Shown: piece after piece, positions 47,735 to 61,100 of the stretch
Layout: every line of letters starts with the position of its first letter
How positions within the stretch are numbered: the stretch's first letter is position 1
From: Octopus sinensis
Taxonomy: Eukaryota
DNA: 64,000 bases
NCBI RefSeq assembly: GCF_006345805.1
Contig: NC_043010.1
Span: 5,146,001 to 5,210,000 of the forward strand
Direction: 5' to 3'
Notes under the pieces: model-generated
Seen by the model: only the letters and a program-made list of their open reading frames with translations
Told to the model about the DNA's origin: nothing
The model's database searches: none
Made by a program: the position numbers and the translations under genes

Positions 47735-50160
47735 AATTGCAGAATATGCAGGAATTCTGTTGCCTCTCATCCACTGTCGAAAACATTGAGAGAATATAGC
47801 AGGAATGAGTAAGGATGTATAAAGTATACACACAGAAATCGGATTTTGCATGCAGCATTGCTAACCTTAATCAAATTTCTACTAAAGATTATTTGGTGTT
47901 GATAGTTTGTTGATAAATTAATGTTGATTAGATTTAGAAACTTGTTTGCTATATTAGTTCTTATGCTCACACTATACACAAATATTGTTACAATTTTTAA
48001 AATAGGCATAGAAATTTCGCGTATGGAAAAATTTCATGTATGAGGAGCAAAATTTAAAATGCATGGTGGTGACAGTGTCAATAGAATATAAAATTAGAAC
48101 TGTGTATAGTATGCAAGGGTGATAATAAAGAGTTAAACATGGAAAATCAGAAAGGAAACAGATAACAACAAATATTTCTGCGATATCCAACAATTTTCAG
48201 CAATTTCTAGAAGCTTATGGTATTATTTGTTTGGCATTTTATAATGATAATAAACAGTTAGAGGTGTGTTAACAAGTTGATGACAGTTTAAATCTTAAAT
48301 TCAGAGCTCGGAATTTTGGAACAAGATAAGTAATTTCTCAGTTATACATAACAAGCAACCCAATTGCAACTGAAAATTTTGTTTACAATGAATTAAATTG
48401 AACAAAATGCTAGCCTTATGGTTAAAACTTATATTTTTGTAGAATAATTTGTATAAAGTTTGGGTAAAAGTTGTATTTGTTTGTTTCTTAATTCAAAGTA
48501 ATATCTGAAAATTAATAATAGTAAGACTAGTATCTACTGTTAGAACTACTAGATCTTTCCTAAATCTATCAAGCTTAAATCAAATTAGATTTTGTGAGAC
48601 TTTTAGTCCATCGTCTCTATAAATTCCTCCTCTTTTTGCCAGTAATCTTTTATTAACCAAGGGGATAGAGAGAACACCCTGACGTTTCACACAATTCAAT
48701 TCCATCACTTGCCAACAGTATTGTAAATTTACCCTTTTTGATATTGCTTATTTTTATTCTTCTTTCACTAAAACTTTTCTTGAAATATTGGCTTTTGCGA
48801 ATATGATCATATGGATTAGCAAATCATAAACTAGTATAATTATGTTTGTAAGAAATCATTTGGACTCTTTTGATAATCCAACTGGGGTAAAAATTAGAAC
48901 ATTTGATTCATTCATTGAGGTCAAATGATTGGATTCAATTGCATAAAATGAAAGGAATTTTTATCCAAGATCTTTTTGCATTAAAGATTTTCTTCAATAC
49001 AAGGAGGGGTCTGAAAAAGAAATGATGAACTAACTGTGAAATATGAGAGGAAAAGAACTAAATATGAATTAGAAAGATCTAATAATGTTATTTGTTTAAG
49101 CATATTTATTACAATAGATAACAATCTTATTATAGTTAAATATTTCAGACATTACTTTGATTTTAAAGACAAAATCAGCTTTTAAAAAACCTGCAAGAAT
49201 TTATACCATATAAATAAAAGTTCCAACAACCCAAAATAATTTTATGTAACTTTGTTTCCTTACATGAGCAAGTGCATATCAACCTTATTTTCAGATAAAA
49301 TCACATTACTGCTATGCAATTCTTTAGAACTTTAGGTTCTCAGAGAAAATAAAATAGCAGCATTCATCTGATATTCCAATGTGTAAAGCTAGGAAATGGA
49401 AAATTATGCACTACAGCCCTGTATATAATGTAACTGTGAGAACAAAGGAAGTAGAAGAATGCCTTAATTTAATCTCTCTTCACTTTTCAGTGAACTTCAG
49501 ATACCAGAAAATCCTTAACAGAAACTTGAAGTAAGTTAGATTTGTTGTTAACTTTAAAACTTAGCAAGTTCAATGAGAGATTGTAATTCTAAATGACATT
49601 TTAATATAATTATGAAAGGCACTGGCAAATGTGGCTTCATCCAAACATAAGTCTGATATGCACTTGCTGATGTTTTAAAATAAATTACATAAGACTACAC
49701 ATGTATGTGTGTACGTGTCTCTCTCACCCCCACTCTCTCTCTCTCTCCCCCCCGTCTTGATCTCCTCCTCTCTATCTGTCTATCAATCTCACTCACTTTC
49801 ACTCCCCTCTCTCTCGTGTATATATGTGAGTGTGCGTGTGCGTATGTGTGTGTGTGTATGCATGTATCAGTATGCCATTGCATTTATATATGTGTATATA
49901 TATCTGTATATGTAAGTGATGCATTTACACCTTCATATATAACAAATGTATATAAACTTTGGATCTATGCTTATTGTATATGTATGTCTACAAGAGTTGC
50001 TTTTGCAAAATGAATACCTTATGTAGTGGCTTTCTACAATATATTCTGTAAGACATACAGAACGCTACTCTGAACTAATACCTCTTCCATCACTAATAAC
50101 AAAGTACATGTGTGTGTGATATATATATGATGTATTTTTATATATATATATATATATATA

Positions 50161-50568
50161 TAGGAGTGGCTGTGTGGTAAGTAGCTTGCTAACCAACCAC
50201 ATGGTTCCGGGTTCAGTCCCACTGCGTGGCATCTTGAGCAAGTGTCTTCTGCTATAGCCCCGGGCCGACCAATGCCTTGTGAGTGGATTTGGTAGACGGA
50301 AACTGAAAGAAGCCTGTCATATATATGTATATATATATATGTATGTGTGTGTGTGTTTGTGTGTCTGTGTTTGTCCCCCTAGCTTGACAACTGATGCTGG
50401 TGTGTTTACGTCCCCGACACCTAGCGGTTTGGCAAAACAGACCAATAGAATAAGTACTGGGCTTATAATGAATAAGTCCCGGGGTCAATTTGCTCGACTA
50501 AAGGTGGTGCTCCAGCATGGCCACAGTCAAATGACTGAAACAAATAAAAGAGTAAAAGAGTAAAGAGT
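50161..50568 (+). mobile_element. SINE family A, full length
   Basis: Near consensus. Confidence 0.9.
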
Positions 50569-52260
50569 ATATATATACTCATTACTCATTTACTCTTTTA
50601 CTTGTTTCAGTCTATTCATGAAATATTTTGCAATCAAAAACGGGAAATGTTTTGTAAAATATTATGTTATATGGTGAGTTATATAATATAAAGTTTATTC
50701 TTTTTAGTATTTTAGGGTGGTTGTACCCTTCTTCATTTGGTTATGTTTTAGAACCACATTTTTGTATACAACAGTCGTAATGATTGTGGATTTGTTGAAG
50801 AAAAACGCATTTATTCTTTTACTGATGCTTATAGAAATGTGCACGGGGATGTCTGAGCCACTGGAATGTGCTTGGATGTGCAATGGGGGGGGGGGCTATC
50901 TTTTGTTCAATTCTTTTGAAGAGCTTACAGAATTTTCACATCAGTTTGAGAGCAGAATTCAAGGCCAGTAATTTTGAGTCCCAATACTTGACTTGTACTT
51001 TACTATACCAACCTCGGAGGGATGAAAGGCAAAGTTGACCCAGCTGGATTTGAACACAGAATGGAAAGGTCCAGAAGAAATTTTGTTATGCATTTTGTTC
51101 AACATGCAAGCAATTCTACCACCTATCATATTCTATGCACCCAACCAATTCCATTTTAAATTTTCTACAGGGTGTAAATTTGCAAAACGAAAGTATTTGG
51201 ATCTATTAGCATGCAGAAGCTGAATATGTGCAGTATATCTACAGTTATAATGTATACATGTCACATTGTCAGGATTTTTTTGGCAGTTTCTGTCACAACA
51301 AAAGGTTCTTCTGAAGGTCAAAGCAAACCCATAGAAAATGTATATGAAGTAAGGATAAATACGGTGGTTGCACTACTCTAATAGGTCAGTTTGAAGATCA
51401 TTGAACTAGGAACTGTTGTGATAGGATCAACCTTAGCCATACAGTTCTCCCCTCGCTTATCTTTTGTTGTTTATGCAGTGCTTTTAAACATAACATCTGA
51501 AAACACAAAGACACACACATACTTGCACATATGTACACAGTGTGTCTCTCTCCAGTCATTCAATATGATAGAAATAGCAGCAAAATACCCATTAAACCAC
51601 ACCTTATTTTCTTTAAAAAAAGGGAAGAATATACTGAATAATGTAATTATGCTTATATTGAATAAAAAGTAAACAAGGATAGTCATGGCTCAAATGTTTT
51701 GATTATCAGTGTGTTTCACTGGAGTTGACCCAAGGGTTCGCCAACAATAACTACAACACTAAAACATGTGTGTATACAAATGTATGTCTGTAAATATGTG
51801 AAAATAAATGTATTTGGACAAAGATATGAATATCCAAGAGCAGGAATATCCAGAGATGTTTGCATCTGCAAAAAATAACTTCTTCGTAAACAAATGGAGA
51901 TAATTTCGTTTATTTGTATCCGAATACACACACAATCTAAATTCGTGACTTTACATTTATACACAGACTGTACGCTTAGATGCACAGAGTTACAAACACA
52001 GACTCACAGACATACTTGCACACTGACAAACACATGCTTTATCATCAACCTCAGCATCTTCATCACCATTATCTTCATTGTCATTGTCATCATCATCATC
52101 ATTCTACACCCGCATTTTATGCTGCTATCAGCTGGGTGCATCTTCAGAGTCTCAGAACTGTAGTAGAAGACTCTTGCTCCAGGTACTTTGCAGTGCAGTG
52201 GAACTTAACCTAAGACCACATAGCTGTGAAGCATGCTTCTCAACTACACACCCATACATA

Positions 52261-52321
<61 letters not shown>

Positions 52322-52353
52322 TGCACCTACATATATATCTACATCTATTTCAG

Positions 52354-52390
<37 letters not shown>

Positions 52391-52391
<1 letters not shown>

Positions 52392-52459
52392 ACGGGGACA
52401 TAAACACACCAACATAGATTGTCAAGCAATGCTAGGGGGACAAACACAGACACAAACAA

Positions 52460-52508
<49 letters not shown>

Positions 52509-52673
52509 TACGACAGGCTTCGTTCAGTTTCCGTCTACCAAATCCACTCACAAGGCATTGGTCGGCCCTAGGCTATAGCAGAAGACACTTGCCCAAGATG
52601 TCACACAGTGGGACTGAACCTGGAACCATGTGGTTGCTTAGCAAGCTACTTACCACACAGCCACTCCTGCACC
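52391..52673 (-). mobile_element. SINE family A, 5' two thirds
   Basis: Colinear with the family consensus. Confidence 0.85.
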
Positions 52674-53019
52674 TGTGTATACACCTATGCATATACATAT
52701 GTGCATATGTGTATACACATATGCATATATATATGTGCACACACACACATGCATATACTGTTGTATATACAACTTGATGTATTTGCATGACAGATGACTA
52801 CATATTTTGCATCTTTGAATTGCTAAACCAAGGCTTATAGGTACCAGCACTTGTCTAAGATGTTGTGCTGAGAAATCAAATCCGAAACCATGTCCTGGTG
52901 AAACAAATCTCTTAGCTACATGTCCACGTTTAACAATATATCAGCTAACTATCTCTCTCTTTGTCTATGTGTATGTGGAGATATATAGAACTGTAGAGAT
53001 ACATAGAGTTATGAACAGA

Positions 53020-53282
53020 TTAGAGTTTAGTCTGTCTGCCTATGTATCTCTTTCTCTTGCAAACTATCTGTACTATACACACACACATGCACATACATAC
53101 ACATATGTATATATGCATATATATATTATGATTATATAGATCATTAACATGTATATTCATAAATATATATGTATATGTATGTATATATATATATATATAA
53201 TATATATACATATATATACATACATTTATATACATATATATATGTATATATGCACACACATAATATACTTATATATATATAG

Positions 53283-53327
<45 letters not shown>

Positions 53328-53760
53328 TAATTAGACAATAATAATATATTTAATAATATCATATATATACATATAATAAATATATATATATATATATACA
53401 TGCATACATACATAAACACACACACACACACACCACATATATATATATATATAGATATATATATATATATATATATACATACATACATATATATACACAC
53501 ATTATATACATATATATATGTATATATGCACACACATATATATACTTATATATATATAGATATATATATATATAATATATATATATATATATTATATATA
53601 TATATATATATATAATTAGACAAATAATAATATTTAATAATATCATATATATACATATAATAAAAATATATATATATATACATGCATACATACATAAACA
53701 CACACACAGACACACACACAGGCACACTCACACGTGCATGTATATTCATAGAGCTCATTG
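53020..53760. repeat. Compound TA/CA microsatellite with a ~290-bp tandem duplication
   Basis: The marker aattagacaataataatatttaataatatc occurs at ~53329 and ~53614. Confidence 0.85.
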
Positions 53761-54414
53761 ATAATCATTAAAATGAACAATATTCCTTGAATAGTATATA
53801 TGAATATAATATCTTTCCTTTCTTGTTTGGGTGTTAATAGAATATAAAACTACTGGATGTTAGAATGATGGAAATAGATGAAATATTAAATGTGATTTTT
53901 TAATAGTAATATGCATGAAATGGAAAGTACTGACTTAGTAACTTTGATGAAAGACTGTGGCATAATCAGAAGTGAATTAAGTCTGCATTGCTAGGAGTTT
54001 TATCAAAATATTTATTTTTAAATATAAATTGCAATTTATGGTTTCATTCTAATAATAACTAACCTTTAGCAGATCTGCACAGCGCGGTAATGGTTAGCAC
54101 CATGGGCTTTTAGTTTGAGTACATATTGTCATCATTATTGTTGTAGCTGTTGTTGTCGTTGTCATCGTCATTGTCATCATCCTTGCCATTATCCTCCTCC
54201 TCCTCATCATCATCATCATCATCATTAGCATCATCCTTATTTCACGTCGTTTTTTCCATGCTGGCAGGAGTTGGACTGCTTGACAAGAAAAGTTGAGCTA
54301 GAGTGCTCCACCAAGTTCTATATCTATTTTTGCATGGTCTCTCTTTGTATGTGTGTATTTGTGTGTGTTTGTGTGTTTCAAGTCTGCATTAAGCAGAGCT
54401 ATATAGATAAATAA

Positions 54415-54548
<134 letters not shown>

Positions 54549-55284
54549 GAAAGGCAAAGTCGACCTTGGCAGAATTTGAACTCAGAATGTAACGGCAGAC
54601 GAAATACCACTAAGCATTTCACCTGGCAATAATTCTTTCTTATATAGGCACAAGGCCTGGAATTTTGGGGAAGTGTGTAGTTGATAACATTGAACCTGAT
54701 AGTTATTCCATTGACCCTGAATGGATGACAGACAAAGTCAACCTCAGCTGAAAGAAAATGGATTTCTTATACAGGTACATGGCCAGAAATTTGGGGGTGT
54801 GGGAAGAAGAGAACGGCCAATTACACTGACCCCAGTGCTTGTCTGGTACTTAACTAATTAGTCTGAGAAGATAAAAAGGAAATGTTGATCTTTGTGGAAT
54901 TTAAAATCAGAACATAAAGTGCCATAACTCTATACTACAAGGCATTTTCTTTGCTGCTTTATGAATTCTAATAATGTTAATAATATTATTTTCATTGCTT
55001 TCTGTTTCCAACTTTATCATCATCATCATCATTTAACGTCCATTTTCCGCGCTAGCATGGGTTGGACGGTTCGACCGGGGTCTGGGAAGCCAGGGGCTGC
55101 ACCAGGCTCCAGTCTGATCTAGCAAAGTTTCTACAGCTGGATGCCCTTCCTAACGCCAGAGGGTGCTTTTTACGTACCACCTGCACAGATGCCAGGGGGG
55201 TCCGGCATCATCAAAAATAAAGGGGAATTACACATTTATTTTACTATTTTTTTTTTAGCATGTCTTCTCAAAAATCATTTTTAT

Positions 55285-55496
55285 CTCTCTTTCTCTCTTT
55301 TACTTGTTTCAGTCATTTTGACTGCGGCCATGCTGGAGCACCGCCTTTAGTTGAGCAAATCAACCCCGAGACTTATTCTTTGTAAGCCTAGTACTTATTC
55401 TATCGATCTCTTTTGCCGAACCACTAAGTTACTGGGACGTAAACACACCAGCATTGGTTGTCAAGCAATGCTAGGGAGACAAACACAGACACACAA

Positions 55497-55545
<49 letters not shown>

Positions 55546-55712
55546 CATACGACAGGCTTCTTTCAGTTTCTGTCTACCAAATCCACTCACAAGGCATTGG
55601 TCAGCCCGGGGCTATAGCAGAAGACACTTGCCCAAGATGCCACGCAGTGGGACTGAACCCGGAACCATGTGGTTGGTTAGCAAGCTACTTACCAAACAGC
55701 CACTCCTGCACC
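55285..55712 (-). mobile_element. SINE family A, full length
   Basis: Near consensus. Confidence 0.9.
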
Positions 55713-56727
55713 AATATATATTTTTCTTTCTGAGGTCGACATCCAGATGTAATTTGTAAAAAAAAATTTTTTTTTAAACCAGTAAAAAACCAAGAAATGC
55801 TGATAATTGATGTATAAACTCATCTGTGGTTGGTTTTGAAATTATGTTTTGGATGAGTTTACTTGTTGCACTTTGTAAAAGACAAATTGGGTGAAGACGA
55901 GTTCATTCATCTTTGCCAGGTAAGAGGTTAATAATGATAATAATGGTTTCTATCTTTCATAATGTTTCTAACATGGACACAAGGCCTAGAACTCTAGATT
56001 ACACCGATTTCAGGTTTTACTATGAGATCACCAACCATCTTTTGCAAACAAGTATGGGGCTAGTACAGTGTACTATGCCTGGCCAAATTTTTTGGGGCCT
56101 GTGTAGTCAAGAGCAGACATAGGCTCCCACATTTTGAGCTAGTAGCACATCCAAGAAATAACAACTGGGGAGATGGACAAAGAGAGAGAGAGAGAGAAAG
56201 GGAGAACAAGAGGTAGAGGTCAACTTGATTGGTATTCGTTTTTGGCTGAGTAGATTGGAGCTGTGTGAAATGAAATGTCTTGCTCAAGAACACAATGTGC
56301 TGCCCACTTCAGGTATTGAACTCATAACATTATGACATCATGATCATGTGTCAAATACCCCTAAATACCAGGCCACCAGGTAATTTATTTCATTGAACTT
56401 GAAAGGATGAAAAATATAGCTGATTTTGACAAGATTTCAACTGAGAATATAAAAATTCTGAAGAAGGGAAGGATGAAAGACAAAGTGACCCTTGGTGGAA
56501 ATTGAACTCAGAACATAGCAATAGGTGAAATACAATAATAATAATAATAATAATAATAATAATTCTTTCTACGGGAGGTACAACGCCTCAAATTTGTGGG
56601 GTGAAGACTAGTTGATTACATCAACCCCAGTGAATCACTGGTACTTATTCTCTTGACCCCAAAAGTATGAAAGGCAAAGTCAACCTCGGCAGGATTTTAA
56701 CTCAAAGCATAGCAACGGGTGAAATAC

Positions 56728-56778
56728 AATAATAATAATAATAACAATAATAAATTAATAATAATAATAATAATAATA

Positions 56779-56826
<48 letters not shown>

Positions 56827-56869
56827 TAATAATAATAATAATAATATAATAATAATAATAATAATAATA

Positions 56870-56912
<43 letters not shown>
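56728..56912. repeat. (AAT)n microsatellite
   Basis: Directly visible. Confidence 0.95.
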
Positions 56913-56913
<1 letters not shown>

Positions 56914-57222
56914 CATGGGAACGGCTCATATCCTACACAAAATACTTTCTATGTAACATCAAGTTTTATGTCTGAATGAATCAATAATATTCAAGTATTA
57001 TTTGTATTTATATTATCAAACGCACAAAGATAAGGTTGAACTGATCGGATTTGAACTCAGTCTGTAAAGGGACATAACTGAATTCTATGAGGTACTTTCT
57101 CTGGTGTTCCATCAAATTTACCCTTTCTATTCTTTTATCTTTCTTTTATTTCAGTCACAAGTCTGCAGCCAATGCTGGGGTTACAGCCTTGAAGGGCTCA
57201 GTTGAACAAATTGACGCCCAGT

Positions 57223-57253
<31 letters not shown>

Positions 57254-57587
57254 CGACGACAATGACGACGATGATGATGATGATGACGACGACAACGATG
57301 ATGATGATGATGATGATGACGACGACGACGACGAAGTTCATAAGTAATAGCAGATTTCTCTGAAGCAGTTGTTACGCTAATGACCCATAATTTCATGATT
57401 ATCAGACCACTTGTTAATAATTTGGAACACTGAAAGTTTGTGGAAATCATGCAAATGGCCAAAGTTTGTTTACACTTGTGCAAAACCTCACGTTTTTTTA
57501 CACACCACATTGCATATAACTGCTGCCATCATTCTGTGGAAATTTCATTGAATTCCAGCAAATAGTTTTAAAATAAAATAAACAAAT

Positions 57588-57992
57588 GGCACAGGAGTGG
57601 CTGTGTGGTAAGTAGCTTGCTAACCAACCACATGGTTCCGGGTTCAGTCCCACTGCGTGGCATCTTGGGCAAGTGTCTTCTGCTATAGCTTCGGGCCGAC
57701 CAATGCCTTGTGAGTGGATTTGGTAGACGGAAACTGAAAGAAGCCTGTCGTATATATGTATATGTATATGTGTGTGTGTTTGTGTATGTGTGTTTGTCCC
57801 CCTAGCATTGCTTGTATGTTTACGTCCCCGTCACTTAGCGGTTCGGCAAAAGAGACCAATAGAATAAGTACTGGGCTTACAAAGAATAAGTCTCGGGGTC
57901 GATTTGCTCGACTAAAGGTGGTGCTCCAGCATGGCCACAGTCAAATGACTGAAACAAGTAAAAGAGTAAAAAGAGTAAGAGAGTAAGAGTAA
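57588..57992 (+). mobile_element. SINE family A, full length
   Basis: Near consensus. Confidence 0.9.
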
Positions 57993-58194
57993 AATGCTAC
58001 ATCTTTAATAATTTGAAAACAGTGTATATATGCACACACACACGGACACACACACACAGACACACACACACACATGCTTTATTTGCATCTACCAAATCCT
58101 CTGTCGAAGCTTTGGTTGACCTAAGACTATAGCAGAAGACACTTGCCCAAGGTGCTGTGCAGTGGGACTGAACCTGAAACCATGCAGTTGGTAG

Positions 58195-61100
58195 GTTTCA
58201 GCTGTAGGACTGAAGCCATAGTGTAGCTCTACTTTAGTTTATTTTCTTTCAGTTTTGTTGTCACTTCATGGCTGGAAGTTGGTCTGTGATTGAGTCGGTA
58301 GCAACTGGTCTTCCCTGATTGCATCCTAGAATGGCTGACAAATCTGGTATTATTGTTAGGTGCTTAGTCAATTGTTTTTTTTCTTTTCTTTTTTTGTTTA
58401 ATGTTTCAGGAGAGGTCCCTTTTATCCGTGCCGGTGGCACGTAAAAAGCACCATCCATCCGTGGCCGTTTGCCAGCTCCATCTGGCACCTGTACGGGTGG
58501 CACGTAAAAAGCACCCACTACACTCACGGAGTGGTTGGCGTTAGGAAGGGCATCCAGCCGTAGAAACACTGCCAGATCAGACTGGGCCTGATGCAGCCTT
58601 CTGGCTTCACAGACCCCAGTTGAACCGTCCAACCCATGCTAGCATGGAAAACGGACGCTAAATGATGATGATGATGATGATTACTTTAGGCAAGCAGTTG
58701 AACAGTTGAGGAGCTCTAAATATCAAACTCATACAATAAAGTGTTTTTGTTCATGATTTCGAAGGTGGTATATCTGGAAGCTGGCAGCATCTAACAGCTC
58801 AATCATTAAAATTCTTTCTAATGCTGAAGTTTGAAACAGGATTTTCCATACGCATGTGATAGTATATCCCTCTCTTCGGAATTCAAGATAGTAGAGATAC
58901 AAAGCTTTCAAATATTCTCAGGAGATAAGGTATTTTACTGATAAACATTATTTGTAACCCTTTAATTTCTTCTATGAGACTGAATGAGTTAGAAGACCAA
59001 AGCTGTGAGCAGTAATCTAATCTGCTCAGAACTCAGGCTTTCCATAGAGTTAACCTAACTATTTGTTCTCTTGTCATGAAGATTTGTAGAATCCATCCTA
59101 TGATATTTAGAGGACAGTTTGGTGATGTGGCTGATGAAAGTTGTATAATTTGACATGATTACTCCTAAGTCCTGTATGTTATTAGCACTGTAAATTATTC
59201 TGGTGTCAAATATTGTGATTTCTGTGTATTCCCTCTGTAATGAAGAACCTGAAATTTTCATGTATCAAATTTCATATTGTTTTAATACACCCATTTATAA
59301 ATGAGATTTAGCTCATCTCGGAGTGTATCAGTATCTTCTGGAGTTTGGATAGCCATGGATATTCATGGATATTCTTGCATTATTGCTGTAACTCGATAGT
59401 TTGGCTGTATGCACTTGTGATAGGTCAATGATAAATAATTATAGTCCTAGAATTGTTCTCTGATACATACTACTTTTTACAGGTGACTTTGCAAAGAGAA
59501 AACCATTTCCAGCATCAGAATGGCTCCTACCAAGTAGGAAGTCAAAGAGCCTTTCTTTGAATGTTCCTGTGATTCTTAGACTCCTTAACTTATGACAGAT
59601 GATTCCATGAGCAAAATCAAAATATATACAGTGAATGTCCTTTCTCTCAGGAGATTATTAAGAATAGTGCTATGGTACTGTACTAATTGTGAAAGGCAAC
59701 TTCATCCAGTCCCAAAACTATGCTGTATGTCATCAACGAGGTTGTTTTCTACAAGGTATGTAACAATTCTATTTCAGACAATGTGTCTGATAATTTTAGA
59801 TGTGTGAGATGTGAGAGAAGCAGGTCTATAATTTTTAGCTTCAGCCCTGCTACCTTCCTCTGTGTATAGGTGTTACTATTCTGTCTTTCAATAGTTCTAG
59901 GAATTTGTTGGTATCTAGCAACTTTTGAAATAGTATTTTTAATGGTTTCACAAGGCTGTTTTTGTATATTTTTAGCAGCATGGTCTTGATGCTAAGTTTG
60001 AATCTAGGTCATTAGCTGTAAGTTGAGTTCTGGGGATCAAAGAATTCATTTGGCTCCTATATCATTTGTTAACTCTAGGTTGGGAAAAGACACTGTCATA
60101 AGGTCAACTTAAGAATGTGCATATTTGTGATGGGTCATTAGTATATGATCCCTTTTGATCCATTAGAGAGCCAATCTGGTTATGCATAGGTGATTTTTGT
60201 TTAGCAAAGTGGAAATAGAACTTAAAAATAGACTTTGTATTTTACACTACTCATTGTTCTCTTAGCAAAGTTTCTTTTTCATGAGACAGTTTTAAGTTCA
60301 GTTCAATGTTCTTTTTCTTTTTCTCAATCTCAACTGTTGAGAGAGTTTTTTTTTTTTAGTTGTTTTGTTGGTTTGGTTCTGTTACACATTAGTATCCATC
60401 TATTACACAGAATTAGGCATGTTTATATGGGACATGCTTTCGACAGATCCTGATTAACGCATCATAGAGAAACTTCATTCCCTTGTTGACATTAGGATTG
60501 CCATTATGCTGGGACCAGTTTGTTTCAAGGATTTCAGTTTGGACTTCCTTCAACTTGGCCTTCCTAAAATTCAAGTTCATGGGGTGTGTGTCATGTTTGA
60601 TGCTATTTGTGTGTGTTGCCCTCTTTGAACCGTATAATTTTGTGGTCAGAAATAATTATGGCGATGATCTGACCATCGTGAATGAAGTCTGTATTAGTGG
60701 TAAAGATTAGATCAAGTATGTTATCTCCCCTAGTTGGATGGATAATGACTTGTTGCATGAGGAAGTTTTTAGTGGTAGCGAGAAGAGTATTCATATCTCT
60801 CCTTTTCAGTTGTTTAATTCCAGGTTGAATAACCCTCAGGTTAGCTGAGACCAGAAAAACTGAAGTCCTCTGCTAAATGTACAGTGGGCTTGCTGCGTTT
60901 GTGGTTTGACTTATGAGTGGCAAAGCATCTTTAAAGTGATCTCCATGGTTAGTTGCATCAGAAAAACAGTAGGTAATGCTTATGATCAAATTGAGGTCAA
61001 TCACATGCATTATTAGTGTATCACACATTGCACTGGAGTGGGAGAGGAGGACATTTGTTGCCAGGCTTTTTTGGATGAAGATTACTATTTCTCCTTGTTT

